64,000 nt of DNA from Phoronis australis. Taxonomy: Eukaryota; Animalia; Phoronida. Under the pieces are notes generated by a model. It did no database searches. It had not been told where the DNA came from and was given only the letters and a program-made list of their open reading frames with translations. Made by a program: the position numbers and the translations under genes. How positions within the stretch are numbered: position 1 is the first letter of the stretch; each line of letters opens with the position of its first letter. The stretch spans positions 1-64,000 of the forward strand of contig NMRA01001029.1 in the NCBI GenBank assembly GCA_002633005.1, read 5' to 3'. Positions 50,349 through 62,233 of this stretch are shown here, piece by piece.

Positions 50349-51030
50349 CCGTGACTCTAGCTTGGACAGACTCGGCGATACATTTGTTCAGATACACGTC
50401 CTCCTCTATAGTCTGTAGCTCAGTAAGTAGACCTTCTTTACCAGGTGCCAATCGTCGGGCTTCTTGAATGGGAGTGTAACACTTGTGCATAGCGTTTAAC
50501 CCGCCCTTGTAATCACCATCCTGTATTGCAGTCACACCATGCAAGAAAACTAGTTGAGCGACTTTGGTGAAAAGTTCAGCTTTGAGATAATCGAGATGAC
50601 AACAGGTTATGAACTTTTCGATTTCTTTAATCCGATTTAAATGACTCAGAGTTGAAAAAAAACCTAGACCTGCCTGAATTACGGAAGTCAACGTTTGCTC
50701 GACGTTGTCCAACCAGCTCTTTGACTTGACCTTGCTTCCAGCCAGGTGAGATTTACAGAGGTACTTAAGTGCTTCGTGATACTGAAATGCAACGGTGTCT
50801 GCTTGCCCAATAGCACAGTTAGCAATTGCCTGTTTGTAGTAACTTGTCCCCAAGTTTTTGCAAGCAGACGCTTTCTCATCATCATTGACAGATGTCTGTA
50901 GAGCTCTGTAGTAGCAGTTAGCTGCCTTGTTGTAACGCTCAACTCGTAATGCTGCTTGAAGACCGTCTTTGGAGGCCGAGGCATAAAACTCATTTCCCTT
51001 CCTTCTATGGTCGCTCGATATCGACGCCAT
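50349..51030 (-). CDS. Coding exon 1 (N-terminal TPR-like repeats)
   Basis: ATG in good Kozak context (CAAGATGG). Reads MASISSDHRRKGNEFY...YNKAANCYYRAL...ASACKNLGTSYYK...ESVQARVT. Donor G|GTAAGT. Confidence 0.92.
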
Positions 51031-51099
51031 CTTGATTCGATTACCTGGAATACGGATGTGTACCCTCATCAAGTACTTATTGTAAAACGAAAAATTTGT

Positions 51100-51483
51100 C
51101 CAAGAAAATGAACCAGAAAAGTCTGTAATATATGTAAATGGAGCTACAGTAGGGCTTTTACAGCACAAGTTCAGATTTGTTGCCCCACAACCGTCGCTGC
51201 TGCAGCGCAGACAGCTCCACACGCACACTCATCGACGTCAAATTGCGCAAAAAGCAATTGACAAGCGTCAGGCATTTTATGTATTGCAAAACTGACAGAT
51301 CTAGGATGACGTAAGAGGACATGGAACAAACACAACTTTCTAAGAAAAAAAACAGCGCCCGGCGTAAAGAAAACGCCCAACTCGCAATTGGCGAGCTTTG
51401 ATCTCAGCTCGCCATTTCGGATTTGAGGTCGCCAAATTTTTAGTATCGCGGACGTCCGATAGGTGTCGCTTGCAAAGCGGCCC
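51100..51483 (-). mobile_element. Truncated ISL2EU-like terminus directly upstream of the gene
   Basis: Minus strand AT|GGGCCGCTTTGCAAG, with a SAP-motif-like remnant (LQQRRLWGNKSELVL) at ~51160-51231. Inner boundary approximate. Confidence 0.4.
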
Positions 51484-51780
51484 ATTGTGATGCTTACACT
51501 GCTGCCCGGCGGTGGATCAGGTCTAGTAGGTCACGACCAAAAACGGCAAAGAAACACGACTCTTACAGTAAGAAACTGGATTTTTAATATTGTGTTACTT
51601 GTTATTTAACTTCTTATGTTATATTAGAAAGTAAGCATGCGTATCATTCCGTTGTATTCAACAACTTAGTTTGTGTATAATCGGTCATGTTGAAATAAAG
51701 CGTTTTTTTAGAATCAATTGCCGCAATTCCCTCAGACGCAGCGCTATAATTGATGGTTTTCCTATGCAACTCGGGCCCCG

Positions 51781-52198
51781 CTTTAATCGTCTGCTAACGA
51801 CTACAACAGTCATGATGTAGGTGTGACAAGCTATCACAAGTTACTGCTATTTGAGAGAATGAACCGCCGTAAATTACTCAACCGTGTCAAATAGGTATCG
51901 GGACGTGGTGTTAGGGAATAATACTACATGATTAGAGCTATGTGAGCCCCCAAGGTACGTCATTTGTGCAAAGGTCACCTGTTTGCACACTTTTTGTTTT
52001 CACATTTGCATGTACAAGTTGTCAATGAATATAATGTCTGCACTTTGTTTAAGGTAGACGGTGTTCAAATAGCATTGTCGATTAGTTACTGCGTTACATT
52101 AGCACAGTTAGGAACATGCAAATACATCTTTAATCGTCTGCTCACTGCTACGCCATTCATGATCTTGGTGTGACAAGCTATCGCAACTTATCTGCTAC
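51781..52198 (+). repeat. Two diverged ~70-bp direct repeats (51781-51849 and 52128-52197)
   Basis: CTTTAATCGTCTGCT...TCATGAT...GGTGTGACAAGCTATC...CTGCTA occurs in both. Confidence 0.75.
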
Positions 52199-53290
52199 AT
52201 AGGCAAGTTGTTGCCATAGCACGTCTACTGTACGATATTTACAAACACGATTCACACTACTAAACATCTATCATCGTGTTATGTACGCAAACGCGTTTCG
52301 CGAAGTACTTACACCGTCTATGCACTTAATTCATACACAGAACTGCACTGAGATGGAAGTGCTAACAGTATTTCCTCATTGAAACACAGATTCACCCGCC
52401 GTCTTGTCTCACTGAAACGGAGCTATGTTTTTAAAAAATGATGTTCTAAAAATTGGTCCAACTATAAATGTGCGCGCTGATGTAACTTACTAGACACCTT
52501 GGAATAAAACACTTTCACACTCCATTGCACACACGTCTCGTTTGAAAGACATTGATAGCATAATTTCAATACAATCACTACAATAACTAGAAGGCGCAAA
52601 ACAGACAGTTGCAGCCCCCCTGCGTAGTAAATGATGCGGAAAATGCGTGCGTCGCTCGAATATATTTCTGAGAAATCTTGTCAACTAATGCCACAAATCT
52701 TAAAGTGGGTCTTATGTTTCACATATAACAAGCTTGTTTGAAAGAGATTTCTAAAACAATTACGCAACTCGAAATGCGTTTTTTATAGATTTCAAACAAA
52801 ATACAAATAAAAAACGTGATTGGCAACTTTAGCAAGCCATTCACGCCCACCCTAACCCTAGCCCAACCCAGCCCAACCCCAACCCAACCAATTAACTGTT
52901 GGTGTGCCTAGCTGTGGGGGAACACATATTGGCGACTGGGCAGTGGGCATTCCATCTCTCTTGCGTCATCCAGGATCCTAGCCAAAGAACAGAATCGGTA
53001 TGCTCGCAAGCTAAAAGAGTCCATAAACATCAGCACTCAGCGCCCCTACTTGAACCAGGACCTAGGTCTCCACTTACCTCCCGTGTATTCAAACATTCTT
53101 AACCAGCGAAAGGCGGGTAATTCCTTATTCATTGATACAGACCTGGCGGACCAGGTCGAAACGTCTGCACCCAACCTACCAAGTCTCTAAGTTAGTGATC
53201 ATCTTACACTGCAGAACCAATATTATTACTGAAAGTCATTTAAAACACGGTCAGTTCTTACACACGCTCGTAGTTTTGAATGCATACTTT

Positions 53291-54640
53291 TTAAAACATT
53301 ACCACGAATTCCCATTCTACAAAAAAATTATGTGAAATGCTGTCAAAGGGACGAGAAAAATCCACATATATAGCATAAAATCTGCCCCTGCGCTTACTCA
53401 AGTACGTATGAACAATTCCTTGTAAGGTAAAAAATTGGTCTATTGTACTATACCCTTTTCTAAAACCAACCTGAGCTTCGTTAAATAAGTCATTATCGTT
53501 GGCCCAACTTGTTAGACGAACGTTTCGTAAAAATTTCTCGAAAACAGGCAGAAGTGAAATACCCCGATAATTATTTGCGTCATTGACGTCCCCTTGGTTA
53601 TGCAATGTACATATGGTGTCACACCAGGACTGAGGAAATTCCCCTGATCATAGAGCACTATTTAAAATGCTTGTCAAAACAGGTGTTATGTAATCTTTGG
53701 TGGACTAGAAAGTTCGTAAACGAGTCCGTCAGCACCGGTAGGTTTCGGAGAGCGACAAAAATCTCACTTTCGCTAAAATCATGATTCAGATGATTTTGGT
53801 CGCCTACCAGACAGTCATTACAATACACATCATGACTTGCCAAGTTTCTTTCTACTTGTCCAAGCATACGTCCGTTATCAGGATTTTCTTGGTTTAAGAG
53901 TGACTGAAAGTGGCAAAACCATTCATCGGCAGAAATAGAGGTATCTGACGTCATTTTCAAAGAGCATGATTTTACTAGCTGCCGAAACGCTCTGGGATTG
54001 TTAACATTTTCGATAAAGGTTTTTCTCAGGCCATCTTTAAATAACTTTTCTTTTGACTTAAAAGTTACTTTGAATTTTTGTCAAAATTCTTTGTATTTAT
54101 TAAAATTGACATGATTATTATAGTGTCAGAAACCAGACAATGCACAATTTTCTCTCTCTTTTCAGCACCTCTAACTCCTCATCCCACCATGATGGTTGGG
54201 TTTTCACAAACTTAACTGCGGAACTGGAGTGTACAATCATGTCGCACACAGCTGATATATACATTTCGTTTAAGAACTGAACTGCGCCTTCAACCCTAAT
54301 GCTCTCAAAAAGATTCGCAATATCACTAGAGAACACTTGGAACCCACTAACAAACTTGTCCACGAACTGACTACATCTTTCAGCCTTCCATCTAACTCGA
54401 TCATATTCACGGACGACATAATTAGTGCTATGAAAAGTGTGATAGTGTGAAGCCGTGAAAAACACAAAGAAGAGGAAGATGATCAGACTCATCCAGTAAA
54501 TCAACCTTAAAATCGGATACAAAATCAAACAAATTAATGGACAATAGTACACAATCAATTAGATAAACACGTAAACTCTCCTTCCTCATCACCTGGAAAT
54601 ATACCGTTACATGTATGAACATTTAACTCGCAACACATTC
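53291..54640 (-). mobile_element. Second decayed RTEX-like LINE ORF2 fragment
   Basis: ESDHLPL; QPSWWDEE; NNYRGISLL...EAQVGFRKGYSTIDQFFTLQ...GRFYAIYVDFSRPFDSISH. Confidence 0.88.
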
Positions 54641-54699
54641 TCACAAGTGATTTTTAAAACATTCAAAATTGTAATTCGCATAATTAAGTGGCTACCAAT

Positions 54700-55570
54700 A
54701 GGTACGAACTTTTCCTAAAGGTAAAATTAGATTTATTCTATTTTCATTGTAAAATTCGCTTGAAGGTTAGACTGAATTATTAGGTTCTGTCCATAAGCTA
54801 GAAAAATTACGCAGCTTAGAACCTCGCCTATATAGCAGGAGCCTAATCACAGATGCTCCCCTCTAAAGTCACGGCGACTCGGTAGCGAGGATGGGGGAGG
54901 GTGTGTGTCAGGATTCTGATGACCATGGAGAGTGAAAATTGGGAACCTATCTTAGTCGTCGACAGATGAGACGACTGGCAATTGCAAAAACAGGACTCGC
55001 ACGTTTTTATAGCATGGGGACTCTGAGAAACCCGGGTTCCAGCATTGCACCGTAACTATAGTAACCTAAATAGCCGCAACGAACCTGCTGTTATACATAT
55101 ACAACTGTTTTAGGGCAAAGACCAACGCTACAGGTTCGGTCTCGAAGAGATAAGAAGTGAAGTGGTTTAATGAGCAGAGACCAAGAAAAGTGGAACGTTA
55201 GTGTGACCTAGACAATGGCCATCGTCTCTATCCAGAATAGAGTCTCTATGAGATGATGGTAACTGTCTATAGTGTGACCCGGACTCATGTGTATCAAATG
55301 TTGACCCGAAGTAGGGCCTATAGGTCAACTCAAAGAATAAACAAATTACCGCGAACACTGTTTGATATTAAAGGTTCAACAAATAATACTTTCCATACTT
55401 ACCAACTTTGTTAGACCTTTGAACGTGTTGAAATCTTACCCAAAGGTATCAAAAACAACACATGTAAAGCGAATGTAAAACCCCTTATTATTCACACCCT
55501 GGAAATTCCCAAACGCAGTCGCACCAGTGACCTAGATCTCGTTCCAGTGGCTAGCATTGCCACATATTGA
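54700..55570 (-). mobile_element. Possible DIRS-type tyrosine-recombinase remnant
   Basis: Weak motifs only: AMLATGTRSRSLVRL and an NHFTS.YLRD-like end across frameshifts. Confidence 0.25.
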
Positions 55571-55742
55571 TCGTGTGGAGAATAGCGGAGTTGCAACCGA
55601 ATCGATTTAACTATTGCGCATGTCCGGAAATTAGGGTGCGCAAAGCGGGCTATTGGGATTGATAAGGGTAAATGGAATGGCCGATTGGTTTGCATGACGT
55701 GTGATTTGTGTGCATTAAACTACGCTGCTGTATGCAATTCTG

Positions 55743-56220
55743 CCGCTATTCGCCCTAATAAGCGCCCATGCCCCAACAAGTGCCGGCCCCAACGCGTTTT
55801 CAGACTTTGCTAAAGTAAGAGCCCAGCCCATGAACTACATGCGAAAAATGCCCTTACCTACAGTTCTAACGTCTCCAATATATCAATTGAAAGATCCGAC
55901 AGTCCTGAATTTGTAGACCATGAGCCTCACCGTTATGTCCGTATACACTTCAAACTTACGCCGCGATTTAAAAAGAACGCAGAAGTTTTGCTGCTCTTGC
56001 GAGGGATGTGCCCCACTACGCGGGTGTGGACATTGAAAAGAGATGCAGCGTACTTGTCAGCGGCCTGGCCCTTGCATTGTTTCTTTCCGGTACAGATCTT
56101 CTCCGGTCTCAACAGGAATCCCAACTTCTTTGTACACGTGAAAACCGTGAATCGAAGACTAATAAAAAAATCGACCAGTGTTAGCACGCGGCCAAGAAGC
56201 GCGCTGCATAATGTACAGTA
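55743..56220. mobile_element. pogo-like element with a HIRAN-like coding remnant
   Basis: Left end homologous to the reverse complement of 28-115. Minus strand reads GFHVYKEV / ADKYAASL...VVGHIPRKSS...FFLNRG...C...GLQI. Confidence 0.6.
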
Positions 56221-56993
56221 CCGGCTGTTATCGAAGACATTTAGTCGGGAACTATCTATTCATGAAACGGGTAACAAAAGCATCGGCAAATAAATATTGG
56301 CCCTAATTTCCGTTTCTAATACCGCAAAATACTTTTGCATTTTTAAGAGAAATTATTTAACTAATCGTAATTGGTGTTTTTAAGGTCAAAATGACCCACT
56401 TCGCACCCTTACACCCCAAATCTTCCGGAAAATAGCTGTTACACTACGGTCACGCATGCACTCACCCGGCGACTCAATGAGTGACATACATGTATCCGTC
56501 TTACCGAAAAAATTCTCGAACTTTTTTAGCAGACTGAGGCCAGCAAGTGCTAAGCTAAATATTAAAACACGCTCTGCTTGACTGCTTGACTTAATTTCTT
56601 TGGATACAATGCACACCTAGATCATTACATTACTCTGGCAAATGAACTCTGATGACAAGCACACGCACGCTTACTCTCACACACACGCATACAAACTTCA
56701 AAACAAACGTCACGTGACAACAACATGTGTGTTTCTCCAGAGATTTTTATCGTGTTGCGGGCTACAATCTAGCGCAGATTTGGACTTAATCTGCAGTTAA
56801 TCCAGACTCCACAAGAAATTAAAAATCTTAGAGACGCTGTTTGGAAAACTTGAGGAGGATTTCAGGTAAGTTGTTGAGTCGAAGCTGTATTCTTATTCAA
56901 GAATTTAAGCCCACTCGACGATTGCGAGACCGGCAGCTACGCATTTGTCGGCAAGATTTCGCCCTGGGACTTCCAACACGATTTTATGAAAAA

Positions 56994-59959
56994 TGATGCA
57001 CAGAAGTCAAGAGTGACTTTTTCACAGCAATTTCTCTTCAAAACTATGCTGTTTCCAATAAAATTCTCTAGATGAGTGACTTTCCTTAATTTATCGTGGA
57101 CCCCACCCCCAGGACCACCAGCTCAGTTATCGAATTAACATGAATAAGCCTTAATTCAATAAATGTCGTAACATTGAACTGGAAAAAATTGACACCTAGA
57201 ATGAATTTTACTTGTTGAGATCAGAAGCACATTTAAGTGTCATGAAAAATACACATTGTTAAATCACTTTTAGCCTGTTTCACATATTTTAATTCAGATA
57301 TTAAATAAGACTTGGGTACAAAGGTTATTAGTTTCTACACATAAACATGAAGATGAAATGTCAAGTATGTTCTGCCTTACAAAAGTAGTTTTGTCTTGTC
57401 TTTTCTTTTACAATTTGCTAATATTTCTATTCTGTTACAGGCAAGAAAAAACAACTGAAACCAACCGCCTGACCCTCTATTCCACCGTTGGACAAAGTGA
57501 TTAAAAGCAATCCTTCAGCAATAACCCGAGAGAATTGAACGTAATTCAGAAATTCAGCAAATGATATGCCTGATTATGGACTCCCTCGCAATGTTGTTTC
57601 TTTCTGTGCTTTTTCAGTTTGCCATTTGTTTTTAAATACACTGATAATTGTTTATTCTCGAATCTTGTGCATAGCAGATTCTTATCCAGCTAGCTACAAT
57701 TGAAAACATCCAATAAGACAATCGATGCAGTCACTGAATGTCATTTCCCCATAATCTGTACCAAATTGAAAAGTTTTTACCAATAGTATAAAGCCTTTCT
57801 TCTAAAAGGAAAATTTAATGTCACTCAGCTTTTGGCTTTCTTTTCACTGGGTTCTAGTTTCAATGGCCTATAGAAGCGCTTGTAAAAAAGGTCCAGTTTC
57901 AACACGTGGCTTTCTTTCATGTAACCTCATTCAGCCTCAATAACATCCACAATTAGACCCTTGAAGGTAAACGCAGCAGCATATCACTTGAATCGTTTTG
58001 AGCCCAAAATCAGACTCTGAACTAGACCAGAGTGTGACTAGGTCTTTAGCTTCAGTCCCTCATGTTTCTTCCAGGAAAGGAAATAAGCTATTGTCCACAC
58101 ATGACTCATTGCCTATGAAAGGGCATCCTCACCAACAAGGCTTATTTGTGTAGCAGTCAGATATAGTTCGTCTGAATACACAGACAGTCCACTGGCTCAT
58201 TGTCTTATGGTAACTTAGTACTGCGATTCACATTTCTCCAGGGCCACTGACTTGTATATTGTGCCATGCAGCACTGCTGGTGTGTGGAAGTGCTGTGGGA
58301 AGAGAACGGAGTAACAGCTTGAAGTGGCCTTAAAATGTCACTGAACCTGGAACAAATATTGAAATATGAATAATTGAGTACTCCAGATTGGATCAAAAAT
58401 GTTATCACTATTTTTCAAAAATATATTGTGATTGGTCTACAGTTTCACATAAAAGTAAATAATTACTATTTTCAGAAACCAATGGTGTATATAATGAGTA
58501 TTGCATAAAACTGTGTCTTTGTTTTTTATCCCTAGCCATAACAATTCTTTAAACGCATCACTTGTCTGTAAAATATAAAAGTTTTTTGAGACAACTTCAA
58601 ACCTTTGTTACCCATTTTCAAGCCTTTTTAATTTCGATACTTTCAGCAATTTTAAACTCAGATTACAGGTTCATGGGTCTGTCAAGCATACTTCTAGTCT
58701 AAGGTTGAGGGAACCGTTTTTCTTCTAATAGAAGATATGAAGACTTGGGTCACTTAAAAATGATGGATAATCTTTCTGTTGTTTAAGAGTAATTACAAAT
58801 CACAAGGCACCATCAAAAATGCAATTTTCACAAAAATGGGAGTCATTTGAATTTATAACGACTTGCAACATTTCAAGGCATGAGTTAAGACTGTTCAGTC
58901 ACTGTGAATTCGGAAATTGTAATATATTTTCGTGGTTTTACAATTGATAGTAGCAAAGCAGTTTCATGAAATCAACTTGAAGGGACTTCGTGAAGGTTAA
59001 GAATTACCTCACCATGCTCTTTTCCCCAAATATGTATTACCTGTTATTTCCTCACATTCAGTTGTACCAAATATTACAACCCCCCATGCCAATCCCCATC
59101 GGGACCTAAATAAGTAATTTAACAAAATGACTTTAAAAATAGCTGTTCCTTTTCAAAGGTTTTGTTCGTTGTCTCCAATATTGAATGTAGGCTTTGACAA
59201 CAAATCTGCTCTGGATGGGAAGATCTTGTTGGTTAGCTGCAGTCAAATGCTAAAAACCAATTTTTGTCCATTCAGCGACGGTGCAGAAGCGATGCATATC
59301 TCCTCTGCACGGTACAAGCCTTCAAACCTAAAAACCAAAGGTTACGTGAAAACCGACGTGATAGATTTCCATTTCAACGTGTAATAGATTTCCAGAAGAC
59401 ATATGATAGGGAGTAAACAAATAGTCTAATGCAATGGATATCTATCACTCACGTACCCTTTGCCATTGGAATTGGATTGTAATCTTAACTCATTAACCTG
59501 TATCGAGTTGACAGCATAAACATTCAGCATTAATTGATGTAACTGTCACTGATAAACTTTTAGAAATCATTCCTAACAATAATAATGCTTTGATGTACGA
59601 AAAGATCCCGATTGCTACGTCAAGTATCGTATCACATATCACAACATACAAAGATTAACCAGACTCTGGCTGGCGACTGACTGCCGCGAAGTCGACATCG
59701 GCGAGTGCCTCAGTTAACAGGCATCGGTAGAATAATCATGGAATAATCGTTAAAATAATCAAAAACCTTACCTTTGTATGAGGTCGTGCTTACTTCCTCT
59801 CACAGAAGCACCCTTTTTACGCAATCTCAGATTCACTAGTTGGCACGGCTGCAAGCCATTTCACCATGTATTTAAAGGGCTCGCGAAATCGAGGCTGCTA
59901 ATCTATCACCACTAGTACACGCACGCCCTCTAGTTATTGTAGATTTTCCGAATAGCCCC
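56994..59959. mobile_element. Second ISL2EU-like copy, inverted and truncated
   Basis: Reverse-complement match to 15135-18092 with scattered substitutions and small indels. Ends CCGAATAGCCCC|AT. Lacks the last ~540 bp of copy 1. Confidence 0.9.
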
Positions 59960-61950
59960 ATTCAATGACATAACCAAAACAATGCCTATAAGACTAAACT
60001 CACCAATTACAAGGACGCAATAAATAAATACCCAAAACCCAAAGGATAAAAACCTAGTTAAACCACCAACAACCGCAACAGACCAAGAGACCACTTGGCC
60101 ACCGTACCAGCAACCCACTAGCACGATACCACTCCCCTATCCAACCTTCCCCCCCGGACCTACGGAAAATGCCCTGGTCAGGTAAAGGTTTTCAAGAAAA
60201 GTGGTTGAATACTCCTAGAAAAACCTAACCAGTGCCGACTACGCCAGTTGTTGTATTACTGCAGGTTCACTAGTTAGGCCTCTAGAAGTACTCACCAGTT
60301 AAAGTCCTTCACGCGTTGTTAACCCTTCATTACCAGCAATTCGTAAACTAGGTCATCCGCCAGGTTCTCTGCGTAAACTAGGTCATCGCTTATGGACCAG
60401 TTTGCGCTTCACTCTCCGCGTGCATGTCTACAGGAGAGAAGCACCAGGAAGGTTGTTCTACATTTTGTAGCCCAAAATTACCAAAGTTCAAATATATTCC
60501 GTTAAAAAGGAAAGACAAAACATATTACCACAGATATCTGGCCAATATCATGAGTCACCACTCGTAAGCAAATCAAAGCTGTCCTTACTCGTTGCCTTAT
60601 CTCGCACTACCTCAATCGGCTAGTTTTCAGTTCGCAATGCAACAATTCTCATGAATTCAACTTGTAATGACACCTTTCAATTTTAAACCATGCCCGAAGT
60701 ACTCGGAAACAAATTATTGTTAGGTACAACGAGGTCTTTTTCTCTCAAGTGGATGATCGTAAACACCTCAGGTGAGTTTTCCGCAAACTAGCTACTTTGG
60801 TTTAGAGCTGAATTTTAGCTCCCATAATATGGGCCGGGCCGGTCCGGGCCGGGCCGGTCAAGGGCCAATCCCTGTTATACCCAATACTTAAAGCATTGGA
60901 ATCAAACTGTTATATATAGAAAAAAAACGTTTATTAGTATACTGGTGTGAATATTAATCAGTGATTTAACCAAAAACTTCGAATTAACTAGACCCACTAA
61001 TGATAGTCTATGATGATCAACTGATATCAAAAGGCGAAAATTGGCAATTTTCGGCCACCCTATGTTAAATACAAAATTTTGTCTAATTTTCTTCAAACTC
61101 ATACATTTCAATCTTGATTATACTGACATCTGTTGGGTCTATCGGCAACTAACCGCACATGAAAGGCTTGGTCGAAAATTATCGTTTTCTCACATGCACT
61201 TTCGGGTTTTTAGCGGCTGTTCCACTGATCGAAGCGACAAAATAAGCCAAAACTTTAGCCATACCATGTTAAACATATTTTTTCCAATTTTGCTGAAACT
61301 TGGCCACGTTTTTAACAAAATACTTATCTATGTTATGTGCTATCGGCAAATGTGATTGATTCATAAATAAGACCCTCACGCTGTATTTTCTGCAAAACCC
61401 ATGTATTCTGAAGGGGGCTGAGTGATTTTCGCGCATGCGCAGTTTACGGTTTCAATATTGCTGGTAATGTAGTATTACATGGTTAGAAGATGTTATAAGG
61501 ATCCAAGAAGTACCTACCCCATAACTAATACACGATCCGTACTCGAAAACAGTTTAAATGAACGCGCCACTCACGAATCGCACCCGAAGAAACACCGCCA
61601 TTTTGAACTTGCCGAACCCGGAAGTACAATTCATTCAGGAACCCAGGCCGAGAAAACGCCGTCAGTGCGACTGGAGCAGTGCCTGTACTGTTACCAGTCA
61701 GCAAACGGGGATAAAATAATCGACAGCGTGCCTTAATTTTGATAAAATCAAACTAAGGACAATTTTATGGAATTTGCTGAAGAAATGTGGCGAATAAATT
61801 TTGACAGAAATTATTTTGCCAGACTCGGGACCGCAGCCTATCGGACCCGGTGCGGATCGAGACCAGACACTGGCGAACGGTAAATGCATGCGGTTGCAAG
61901 CTGTTTTGTCGAAGTAAAATGGTCAAATGATAAATGCTGCATATATTCAA

Positions 61951-62233
61951 NNNNNNNNNNNNNNNNNNNNNNNNNNNNNNNNNNNNNNNNNNNNNNNNNN
62001 NNNNNNNNNNNNNNNNNNNNNNNNNNNNNNNNNNNNNNNNNNNNNNNNNNNNNNNNNNNNNNNNNNNNNNNNNNNNNNNNNNNNNNNNNNNNNNNNNNNN
62101 NNNNNNNNNNNNNNNNNNNNNNNNNNNNNNNNNNNNNNNNNNNNNNNNNNNNNNNNNNNNNNNNNNNNNNNNNNNNNNNNNNNNNNNNNNNNNNNNNNNN
62201 NNNNNNNNNNNNNNNNNNNNNNNNNNNNNNNNN
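61951..62233. other. Assembly gap (283 N)
   Basis: Run of N. Confidence 1.

Larger units (their letters stand above)
22362..51030 (-). other. Gene span (ATG to stop): 5-exon gene for a 439-aa TPR-like protein with a C-terminal HPD J-like domain
   Basis: Exon lengths 682+113+142+128+255 = 1320 nt. Intron phases 1, 0, 1, 0 are all compatible, with no stops in the joined frame. Confidence 0.9.

Noticed and set aside
51031-51228. N-terminal extension of the 295-aa ORF (MCVWSCLRC...)
   Set aside because: Non-ATG start, overlap with probable TE sequence, and no TPR character. The ATG at 51030 has the better Kozak context.
52845-52892. Interstitial telomeric repeat
   Set aside because: Only one or two true CCCTAA units in a degenerate C/A-rich run. 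Too short to interpret.
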